Assembly (NCBI RefSeq): GCF_000150275.1
Contig: NW_002060948.1
Location: forward strand, 186,001 to 250,000
Reading direction: 5' to 3'
DNA length: 64,000 bases
Origin: Trichoplax adhaerens
Lineage: Eukaryota; Animalia; Placozoa
A program made the translations under genes and the position numbers. Each line of letters starts with the position of its first letter. Positions within the stretch are counted from its first letter, which is position 1. The notes below the pieces were generated by a model. The model made no database searches and had not been told where the DNA came from. It was given only the letters and a program-made list of their open reading frames with translations. Below are positions 12,701 through 23,927 of this stretch, piece after piece.

Positions 12701-15700
12701 ATATTGCAGCCAGTTCGGAGACAAAATTATTTATTATTTAACGGCTCTAAACAGGTATAGTAACAAATAGTAAGATGAAGTGGATGGTATGTTCGAATAT
12801 TTAAAATGTTGAAGTATTCTAGTTTTCATTTAAACGGCTCTATAAGGATAAGAAGGTTAATGCTTAAGTTGAAATTTTTTCTCCATTTTTCTTACTGATT
12901 TCTATTCACAGATTTGGTAATACTGATAGTTCCATCGCCATAATTTATATTCCAGGTCAGTATTATCGTACATGAACGATTAGTAAACAGCATCAATTAT
13001 ATTAGCATACGTCCTTATTTATAATGGTATAATGGATAAAAAGTATCATAATGAGTAAAAGTTTTTGTTTCGTAAGCATAAAGAAAGATTATAAAGCGTG
13101 TATAGATTGAATTTACAGCATTGTAATAAATTCTTGCTTGGTCATAATATACGGTACCCACAGAAAAGTTGCATGAATAATGATTACGATTCTACAATAA
13201 ATTTTAGCAAAGTACAAAACTGTAATAACATTCGTCGTAATTTTCTTACCGTAAAATGCGTAGAACTAAACCAATAAATACATTACTATATAGTTTATGT
13301 AGATAGTAGTAAGGTATTAACAACTTTAATAATTAATTTGTAAAAACATTTCCAATAATAATCCTGATAGTAGATTAAGGATACGTATTGTTTATTATAA
13401 TACGTATAATTTCTAACAGTATCATTCCATAAGCATAGAGGACTAGACGGCGATAATTTTATCTTGATAAACATAATCTATATTGGACCTTTTGACACAA
13501 CATTAACTGTCTTATTAATATCTCGATATAGCTGTAACTAATGCCTCTAGGGTATAATCCAACTTTAACTTAGTTTTTATCGTTATAAATCTATTCATTC
13601 CAATAGGTCTTAGTATAATAACATTTAGTAGTAATCCTACATCAACGTTTCTATAAAGGAATTTACATCACTAATCTTACAGATTTCAGTAAGGCTATAA
13701 AACATTATTATCAAACCTTTATAGGGTTTAAAATCAAAGATATCTCATTTTTTCTCTCTCTTTAGTATAAGTAAATCGAATTATTTTTGATTCCTTCTTA
13801 TTGTCCATAATATGCATACAGGCTCATTCACTGAATACACATAAACAAAAGTCTCCCTTATTTCCCTGACATAAGTTATCATAACCGTCTTTAATATAAC
13901 ATTATTTATTTAGTTTCTACGGCAATTAATTATTTAAAACTAATCAATGTAAATCACTTTGTAAGTAATAATCATAACAAAGATTGTATATCAGCCATGA
14001 ATAATATTGTAAAACTCTCATTATGGTTTCGATCCTTGTCTTGACACTTCTTCGTAAAAGTGCTAATATTTACTGCGAATCTATGGTTACGGTAGTTTAT
14101 CCTTTCTAGCGTATATTAACCACCTGAATAGGATCATGAATTTTAAGATACAATTTCGTAACAGCGTTTACTATTGACAATATGTTCTATCAATATGTTC
14201 CAAACTCATTACGGCCAACAATATCTAGACAAATTTTCAATATTTATCTTAATTTACAAGTGCAATACGTCGTGGATCATTTACAATAATCTAATCACCC
14301 ATATCGAGCAGTGCATTAATTTATACATGTGCCAATATTGAGTAGGCATGGAAAAACTTTACTTGAAAACATTCGTTTTTAGTTACCATTTAAACTTCGC
14401 CCAAGTGTGCCATGTACTAATTTGTTAATTATTAACTGTAAATACACAACATATATAACTTGTTAGTTATCAAGTATACGTTACCTAAACTCAGGGCTCT
14501 GATCGATTTTATATAAAAGGTTAAGTATACAATAGAGCATTTTTTGTACGTAGATATATCATTAATACTTTTGAAAAGGCTTGTACGCTTGCTTCTAGAC
14601 TTTATTAATATCACTGACGGAATATTTGCTTTGACATTAAGCGCTACGAATAGTACGCTAAAATCAATTTAAAATACGCATATTAGCAATTTGCCATACA
14701 CACCACGGTTATATCACTAGGATACATAAAAACATTTTCAAATGTTTGTTTTTGGCATTGGAATGCCATTGATGGTACTGATTCATTATAACCATTCATT
14801 CAACCTCGATCGAATTTTTCGTTAACAACTTTTTGCTATAGTTACAATAATACAAAAGTTCTGGAAATACGCTAGAGAACAATCAACATTTTGGTTCTAT
14901 TCATGTATCACCGTTTCACAAATCATTGCCTAGCCATAATAGTAAAAGCGTTCCATCCGTTCATTTTTCTACCCAATTAGAGCTCTAATCTGTCGCTCAG
15001 TATATATTTATAATCATCGTTATCAATCGTGGATTACGGCCATACCAGGCTTCAAGTACGGTATAAACTATAGAGCTATAAACGCTTTCTTATTCATAGA
15101 CTAATATAGAAAGCAATGATTGTCACGTTTTCAAGTTATCTTGTTGTCATTAATTCCATAAAAGTTTAATTTTTATATACATCATACATGTTATAATTAT
15201 GTATTTCGTTATAATATAAACAAACATAACACCATTTCCGCTATCTTATCATGTCCTATTAATTTAATATTGAACTAACACTTCTATGACGTTCACTACG
15301 GTGCTTTTTGAATACTTCTATTTTTATCCTCTTATTGTAATAATTTGAATCTTTTATGAGTGTAGAGAATCAACTAATTCTTGAAAATTGTGTTTATCTC
15401 GCATTTATTAACCTTCACCTTTTCTCATATCGTGTGAAATAGTATAGTAATTTAGGAAGATAACGTCACAAGTTAAATGATGGCAATCGTGTTGATGCAA
15501 AAATGTATTTACAACATTTAAATTTATCAACAACAAAATTGGGTGTAGCAAAATGAAATTAAATTTGATTTAAATGACGACATAATATGAATGATGACAG
15601 AATGTGAACTCTATGAATCGATTTTATACATTGACTCAGTTAATAAATTGATCAATGATGATGTATCACGAGATTGATTGAATTAATCCTATGTTCTATT

Positions 15701-17143
15701 TAAATTGATTAGCTTCAGCGTCCTTCCAACCCAGGCTAATTTCATCCAATACTAGCTGTGGGTATATAGGTTGGCCAACTCTTCAACAACCCAGTGATAC
15801 TAGCAATCAAGGCGTGTACTACCAATTAATAGATCCTACTAGGGGTCAAGTCCGTTATAACGGCACCATGACAACTACAGTGCTATGCATCGACAACAGA
15901 CGTAATGCCGCTATTTTCAACTTGCAATTAATTGCTATACTGACGTAAGTTGCATCATGAATAATTCATAACTACATTCTAGTAAGAATGCAACAATATT
16001 ATAACAATGCTATTTTGAATAGTGAATAAACTACGTAATGATAGAACAAGAATATGCTTATAATGATATTTCGTTCATGAATAATCGACCTAAGAATTGT
16101 GTAAAATCAACAATACGTTAATCTGATCGTCGATGAAAGCATAACAATGAATTAATAGTTGAATTTTTAATTATGATATGTTATCGATTGGCCACAGTAA
16201 CGGAGTATTTATAAGCAACACGACAAGCTTTCAGCTAGCAGAAACAGTTGCAGCGCTTGCTGTGTTGACAACGCTTGAAATTGCTGGAATTGTATGTGGT
16301 ATTCTTTTACTCCTTGTCATGGCTGTATGTGCAGTATACGTTTATCGTAAGATCCACTTAAATCATCAAATCAACCAACCACTTTCTACACGTAAACTTT
16401 ATGTTGATGTAAGTATCATTAGTAAGATAACACAATTAATTTATTATTTGATGCAATGATAATATTGGGTAGATAATGTAGTGGTGTATGATAGCCAAAG
16501 CTATTCATCTAGTGGATAAGTTAATATCGTATTATTGAATTTATTTCGGGTAGGATATTCCATTGGTTGAGGCACAAGAAACGGCTATTAATTTCTCACT
16601 ATTTTCCCATCGAGCTCGGAGTAACAATGTATCATTAGAGCCGATTAAAGAAAGTGGAGAAGATATCGGTCCGACTGAATATGGTAGTGATGATAACGAT
16701 ATTGATGAAAATAGTGATTCTTTTGATACACCTCCAGAAGTTGTGGAAGAAATTATTGCTCCAGTCTCTAGTAATCGAAATAGTCAACCACCCAGTCGTT
16801 CAGCATCTATAGGATCCAAGTTATCAAAAAAAAGTGTAAATTTCAATGTAAGGCTATATTGTAATATTAATCCTATTATGGATCATCTTTCAATTTTATC
16901 TTAACTTAATATCGTTTCATTTTCCTATAGGAGGAAATAAGAGGTAACGTTACAGTCACTACTGTAGAAATGAATGGTGAACTTTACGAAATCCATGAAG
17001 GAGAATTTTCCTTTGATCCAAATTGTTCAAATGGAGATGATAACATCGTTGGAAGGCCAAGAAGTAGCTCCATCATCATTGATGATATGCCTCCGACTTT
17101 GTTGCAATCTTCTAAATCGGCAACAGAAACATCTCCAACTTAA
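784..17143 (+). CDS. Giant cadherin-related mucin-like single-pass membrane protein, 5'-partial. Inferred exons 784-8657, 10230-12441, 12541-12754, 12912-12955, 15713-15944, 16198-16408, 16554-16847, 16931-17143
   Basis: Cadherin motifs NTNDYPPVF, VMATDKD, GKVSYSI, LFAIHSATGII, AQDGGSPP, GLFEINGQTGIV; long Ser/Thr repeats; FN3-like segments (NNLNPNTVYSIQV, IQFNWTQP..VSYRL, YIGWP..VYYQL); TM IAGIVCGILLLLVMAVCAVYVY followed by RK. All introns are GT-AG with compatible phases. The first exon opens in phase 1 after AG at 782-783, so upstream exons lie outside the window. Confidence 0.8.
2300..9720 (+). repeat. Coding tandem array of ~120-aa (~360 nt) Ser/Thr-rich units. Near-identical copies at 2941-4410; ~41-43-aa sub-repeats at ~5200-5700; decayed copies beyond 8774
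   Basis: AATCTAGTCAACAACTTGAT starts at 2941, 3304, 3541, 3904 and 4270 (spacings 363, 237, 363, 366). The motifs ESSQ.FDIS.S.V.GE.IGSTSDL and STFKP.IKSS.DQ recur throughout. Confidence 0.9.
10421..11760 (+). repeat. Six near-identical 213-bp (71-aa) coding tandem repeats plus a partial seventh
   Basis: The unit NQLSTTYSSSAEGLGYSLSDGFTFVTVASSQNRNPISISNTNSEQNSIEYPTISLLSQSSANLQTFTGKTS has a period of exactly 213 nt. Confidence 0.97.
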
Positions 17144-17760
17144 TCACCGACGGCCTCACCAATACTTGTGTCGCCAGTATCGTCATCAACATCGTCGTCG
17201 CCATCCAACTCACCACCATCATCTCCAGTCACCAAGCCCTTACCAGAGTTTCAACCATGATCGGCAACATCTGCATCGTCATCCATTAATGAAGATTTAT
17301 CCAAGTCACAAATTTCATCAGAGAAGATATCTTCATCACAATCACCAACTTCGGTATTGGAAGGTAAAGATTTACCTGAGTCTCCATCTCAATTATAAAA
17401 GATATCGTCAATGCAATCATCATCACTTACCCAAGAAGATATATCATTATCTTTGCCAAGGCCGACATCAAATCTTCCAGAGCCACCTTCTTCTTCAGTG
17501 GAAGCGATATTACCATCTCCACTACCATCACCGACTATGCGATCAATACCACAGCCACCCTCTCCATCAGCATCATTGCAACATTGCCATTATCAGAGTC
17601 ACCTTCATCAAATAATAAGACTGTAGAAACTACTTCGGAATCACCTACTGAATCGACAGATTCTGCATTATCGTCTGCGCCTTTGTTACAACATCAATCT
17701 GCATCCGAATAATCTTCTCTTCCTGCTTTGCCGTTACTATCTTCAGAGATATACATGACT

Positions 17761-17860
17761 ATATAATGAGAAAAATGGTTTATATCAGAATTGCTTATAA
17801 TGAGAAAAATGTATATAATATAATAATATAATGAGAAAAATGGTTTACGCCACAATTGCT
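17761..17860. repeat. Short direct repeat TATAATGAGAAAAATG x3 in the 3' region
   Basis: Copies near 17762, 17796 and 17828. Confidence 0.7.
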
Positions 17861-18669
17861 TACATCAATATCTTTATCTAGAGCAAAATGTATGCATACT
17901 AATTAAAAAATTTTCATTCTAGAGTTACCTAAGGCAAATTTTAAAAAATTAATCATTATCGTTTGTTAATGTAAATTATATTTCACTGCCTGACTTCAGG
18001 TGATTGTTGTTACTAAAGAATATGGAGTTCTATAAACAGAAATTTTTCACTCGGACTAGGATAAACTCATTAACTATAAGTTAATTGAAAGATTATCGAC
18101 TTAGTATTTCTTTATAAGATTTATTAGCCATATACGATTAGAAAATACCGTAGAATAAAATCAGAAAATAATTTTCTGAGATTTCTTAAGACCCGTTCAA
18201 CTAAAAATTGTATAAAGTATAGTAGGAATTTTATAAAATATGAAGTATAATGAGAAAAAATAAAATTTCAAGTTATGTTACTTCTTCTTTCATAATATAG
18301 TACTGTATTGCCAATTAATTATATGAAATATTTATTATCTGTTTACAAATTCTATAAGAATAGCTTAAAATTTCAGCATGAACGTCTTGTTTCGTTGTCC
18401 AAGGCTAAATCACCTTAAATCATTTTAAATGTTAAAATATTCAACCGTGTGTCTACTATGTCTAATTGTAAATTGAGATGGATCTGATGTATCTTTTTAC
18501 TGCTTATTGCTTTCTAATTTAACCAAATATCATTATAATTTGCTAACAAGTACAAAAAATTGAAAGTTTTATTGTCATTTTTAAACAACTGTTAGAGAAA
18601 AAATTATTGAATTAATAAATTAAGTCAATCGTTATTACCAAAAGTAATACCTTGTCAATGCGTATTCAT

Positions 18670-21600
18670 ATAGTGACGACCACCTATCTTGCAGTAGATT
18701 GCAGCCGTAATCTAACATCTGATTTAGTATAGATGCTGGAATACAGTACCCTGATCAATCTGATGACTTTTGGTCTAAACAGTGAAGAGAATATTACATA
18801 GTATAAATGTTTAAATATTTATCGTAATAGACTATCATCTCAATAGGTACGGTAGAGATAAAATATTCTGCTTAGTGTGTCAACATCAAAGTTTTCATTT
18901 CTATGGCTATTTCATAGAGGAGGAGTCAGCATAATTATAAGTTTTCCTCCATTAAAATATTTGGAGTCCTCAAGTAAGATTTATTCTTTAATATTAAAGA
19001 TTTGAAGTATGGCTGCAATCGTTGCATTAATTATTGTCTATCATCAGATTTGCTTTCGCAGTGACATGCTATATATAGTCAAAATCGATAATGAATTAGA
19101 ACGTTTCGATATTAATTTGCTTTAATGATCTGCATGTCTTCTAAATAAGGTAAAAGTTATAAATTTAACTTGCTAGCACTAGAATCAAAATGATAATTAT
19201 TGAATTTTATTTTATAATTTTAATCTCGTTCACACCTCCTTTTCGAGTAAAATTACAAAACTCACGTCTTAGTCACCGATGCGAACAAATTATTAAATAG
19301 AGCTTTACATTTATCTTGTATATTATTATAATTAGTAATTATAATCTTTGTAAAAAGTGGAACGTTTCAACAACTTCCATGCAGGAATTTAAAATAGCTC
19401 TACAATTAGAATGAATATTTTTACTAGCGGGAAACTTATAAACAATTTACTGAATTCAGGTAAATATGCGAACTAGAATTTATTTTATTAGAATGTAGTA
19501 TTATATACGCATAGTGCAGTACAATATAAATAGCTACAGTAGCTATGAAAATTAAGCTCTGATGCGATTGTATCTTAGAGATTTAAATTAAATAATTTCA
19601 AATTGAAATACTACTGATAGGCAAGTTGAATGTTTAAGATCATTTTTTTAGGGATTATTTATTCAACGTAGAATATATTATCAACTATTCGCGATAGCTA
19701 CAAAGATAGCATGACTTTAGACTTGCTGGTATTGTCTTTCAATAATAGTTTTAGAATATTTACAGTTAGCGTAAACTAGCATAATAACAGATGGTGAATT
19801 AATTGCTTCCAGATCTAAAAAATAAATATTAAATACTATTATTTAAATTGTTCCTTGTTTAATGTAATAAATATTGCATGAACGCTATATTGATCAAGAG
19901 AGAAAAGAATGTTAAAAATATTCCAGAAATTCAAAATTTTTCAAACAAAGAGTACTACCAAGATAGCTTGTCGATTCCAACAATTTTTGCATTCTGCCAT
20001 ACCTTTGTGAATATACTCTGGGCTATCCTTTATACAATTAAGGATTGAATTATATTGGTAATATGTTTCAAATCTGTATAATAAACAAATCTTTGATCAG
20101 AGATTCTATATTGATACTACAGAGTAGGACCCAATATTATTCTCGTTAATGTAATAATGAATACAAATCGATTCTGATAAAGATTATCTGTATCGTTTCC
20201 TAATAACAAGATTTCTATAAGAATAAAATAATGACTTAATAACATAGACTTCTGACATATATCATCCAATATAATCTAGGCTATCTCAGTAGCACCCACC
20301 TACAAGAAAAATGGATATTAGGTACGTTTTACAATGTTTACTTTTGCTCTTTCTGTAGGTAGATTTCTATTGATACCTTATAAAAACAGTGGCAGATTTT
20401 CTTGAATGCTTTGCTTACCTAGTTCTGAAGACAGGGTTCCAATTAATACGCTAATGATAGCAAGGACGTTTAGGAAATATATTTTAAAGCCAAGAATTTA
20501 CTTCTTATCACTTATTCCTTTCTATAATTAGCTATTTTTCACAAACTAAATACAATCTATGCTTCCTACAAGTGTTAACTGATATTGTATCTTTCATCTG
20601 CTAATATGTGCGTACTATATATCTATGCCGCACGAATTCTTAAATCATCTTGACTTCTCTGCTTATCGGTATACTTGTATTACAAGTCATCAAATGTTAT
20701 AACAGAAGTATTTCAGTTATTTTCATCATAATCCATATTCTTAGTCGAGCCTTCGATAATTCATTAAGTTAGTGGCTTGATCAGTTACTTCCTATAAAAG
20801 ATTTCGAAAATCATTTGTTTCGAAGACGATCACAATATCAATAATCTATTCAATAAGGTCTTCTAATGATATATTAATAGAGAATTGAAGTAGATAATTA
20901 AATTCATTTTATTAAGCCTTCTGTAAATCTTTATGAAAGAATCAGTAGCTTATCGAAGGTAAATGTTAATCATTTTTCTTATACCAGCACTTCCTACTAG
21001 ATCCTCTCTTGCATTAGAAGAAGTTCTTTCATCGTAAATAAATATCTGAATGAAAACTCAAATTCCTTAATGATGCCGATGCTTCCTAGTATGCCTTGCA
21101 TTAATAGTATATTAGCAGTATCACGTGTACTCTTAAGCATTATAACTATTCATCTATTTATCTAAAATTTTAGACAGTTTTCATCAAATCTACAATTCAA
21201 TCCTAGCTGTGTCTTACAGAAACAAGCAAGGTAAAATTAATACTAACAAATACAAGGGTTACATCCGCGATATGTATTTGTGTATTGAACATTAAATATT
21301 TTTAATTTACTTTGGGCCAATGAAAGAACAACTGTAAGAAGTTTTTATTTCATCCCGCACCGGATACCTTTTTTCATTTTATATCATACTGTTTATTACT
21401 TTCGCAATCTATTTTCTGTATGATTTAATTTCCCTATCTACCTGATTATCAAATTGGCCTTACACTGTATTCAGTTATTCGGATTATCTTTTTCTTTAAA
21501 TATTCAGCATATCAAGCTCCAGAAGTAATGTACGGTGATTATATGAATTTATGAGATTTGTTAAGATTTTTTATCACTATAGCACTTTGTTGCGATGACA

Positions 21601-23927
21601 TATCCATAGGAAGATAAATTCACTCGGAGCTAAATAATGATGCAAAATTATTAGAAATTTCCTAATCCCTCATAGCCAATGTAATATACCGCTACGGGGT
21701 TAGATTACAGTGAACTCTCTCTATATACATTGTATTGGTTGTTATACAGTAGATAACTTGCTATCGAGGTTATAGAATTATAAAACTAATTCATATTTTA
21801 GTAAGGACAAATAAATTAGTTAGATATCTAATTCATTAGGGGCCGCAAAGGTCAAACCGTTTTCTGATCGTGATTAATCTCGTGATTAATCTCTTATTTC
21901 ACTTGTTTATTAATTTATACGATGTAGTAGCATAGATTAAAAAAAATCATTAATGCATTAATAGGGTGATTGATCTGCTATCATTAAGCTAATTAACAAT
22001 TGTTGTTTATTTGGCGACTTATTTTCATCTGATTGTGATCGACTACAGTAGAATGGCCTAATATTTGCAAATTTTATAATTGATTTATGATGAATAAAAT
22101 ATTAAACGAAGATTTTAATAAAAGTGATAAATCTATTAGCAATCAACATTTTCTAGGCATCTATTAACCATATTATCGTCAGTGATAGTGTTTATTGTAT
22201 TCATCAATCATATTGTAGTCAAATATCGGGATCATGGATTGTTGACCATAGTGAATAGACTATCGTCATTAAATACAACTAAAAGCTGATATCAAACAAA
22301 TTAATTAAAATATGTAAAGGGAGGGACTAGAGGTTATTTGGACTGCTTACAATATAAAATGCTGTAACCTTCTGCTGGGTTAAGATGGAAGTCAAGTGGG
22401 CATTGCCATGGTTGTTGCCACAAGAGAACTGGTTAGATCTTCATCATGACATTAAACAGTAGTTATAGTTGGTCTGGCTATATCAATAGGAAGTGAGAGA
22501 AGCTTTACCGACCTTCCTAACCAACAATGCACATGGTCTGGTAAAGAAAGGCATTCTGTGGTTTATTGATAACATCCTGCACTATCGTGAAAAAGAAAAT
22601 AAGCAATAACTTATGATTTATTTAAATTAATAGTTATCTTTGGTCTAGGAATACTACTACTATTCAGTCCACTTCTATTCATCATTAGAAATTACCTAGA
22701 TATTATACCGACTGACTCGTTTTTTGGGCCGATACCCTAACGGATGATTGGGACTATATATTACAATCTACTCGATCGTAACCGAATTGCAATCTATGCT
22801 CATAATAGACGTACTAAACGTGTTGGAATTGATTTCCAATACCTCAAGCTTGTAGCTACGACAAGGTTGCGTTAGTTAGTTAGTTAGTTAAATTGTATAA
22901 AAATATTAATCTTATAAATTCTAGTCGATGAATGTCTTAGAATATATCAACCGGTAAAGTGTTTAGATTAGTTGTGAACAGCCAAAACTAAATCTAAAAA
23001 TATTATAGTATCTTTAGCGATAAAACGTTAGTAGGGAAATTGCAAAATTTTGAAAAAGCTACTCTTGTTCCTGCTTTGAGCCTTAGGGGATTGATAGTAG
23101 TCGTTTCTTGCAGTACCATATTACTGCTATTATTACTAATCCTGATATTCCTAGCGTGCAAACGAAGATTGAATATTATTTAAAGTCAATATCATACTCA
23201 AGCAGAAAATTAACTTAATTTATTATAGCAATCTTTATTTATCACTCTTATAGCCGTAAATGCAGCTAGCTAAATAAACTTCTTAGTAACTAATGGTATT
23301 TCTTACTATTAAAATCTACAGTATATCTGTATCACCATAGCTAATTCATTTTGTTAAAGTTATTATGTTTACCTAGTCCACTCCAGATAAACTCATTAAT
23401 GCAATTTTATCTCTTAATTTTTATAGCCTTTAGGTACGTCCGATAATTTAAATATGCAAAATTTAGATTTGCAAGTATATAGAACCGAATTTGATGATGT
23501 TCCTACTCTGGAAACTAACGGATTAACTAAACACGATGCCGAACATCATGATGGATACGAGGGAGGGCTACAATTAATGGCATTCCTGCCAAAAAGTTCA
23601 CAATTGAGGTAATCGTTTGCAAGACAGTAAATATTATTTGATATGAATGCTGGAACTGTTACATTAGCCTTAATCTTGAAGCTCAGTTCCAAATTGTAAT
23701 TATCTAGTCGAAAGCTGTAATAAATACTCAGAGTCTCTATTGTATTTTTGTAGTATATGTAAGTCTAACAGAGCTGTGAAATATGAGACTATTAACATAT
23801 TGTATATCTGATCTGATTTATTTAGGGTGAGCTTCGAGATACGTCGTACGATACGTTGGGTGTACTAATTGATGGAGTTCCATACACTAGAGTTGAAGGA
23901 TATTTTGAATTTTCTGAAGAATTATAG
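18670..23927 (+). pseudogene. Decayed tandem paralog of the cadherin-mucin-FN3-TM gene. Clearest exons 22649-22865 (FN3), 23018-23183 (TM), 23467-23608 and 23826-23927 (cytoplasmic)
   Basis: Exon 22649-22865 reads ..FSPLLF..GTIYYNLLD..YLKLVATT against ..FQPRLI..GVYYQLID..NLQLIAILT in the intact gene, with the same 1/2 phases and an in-frame TAA at 22738. The next phase-2 exon gives TM GLIVVVSCSTILLLLLLILIFLAC-KRR. The last exon VLIDGVPYTRVEGYFEF matches VEMNGELYEIHEGEFSF. Weaker upstream traces at ~18690 (AVDCSRNLT), ~20080 (NKQIFDQRFY) and ~21445 (SNWPYTVFS). The 5' boundary is uncertain. Confidence 0.65.

Noticed and set aside
16974-17615. 213-aa His/Gln/Arg-rich ORF
   Set aside because: It is the shifted-frame reading of Ser/Pro codons (TCA/CCA runs). 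The spliced frame from 16931 carries the conserved motif.
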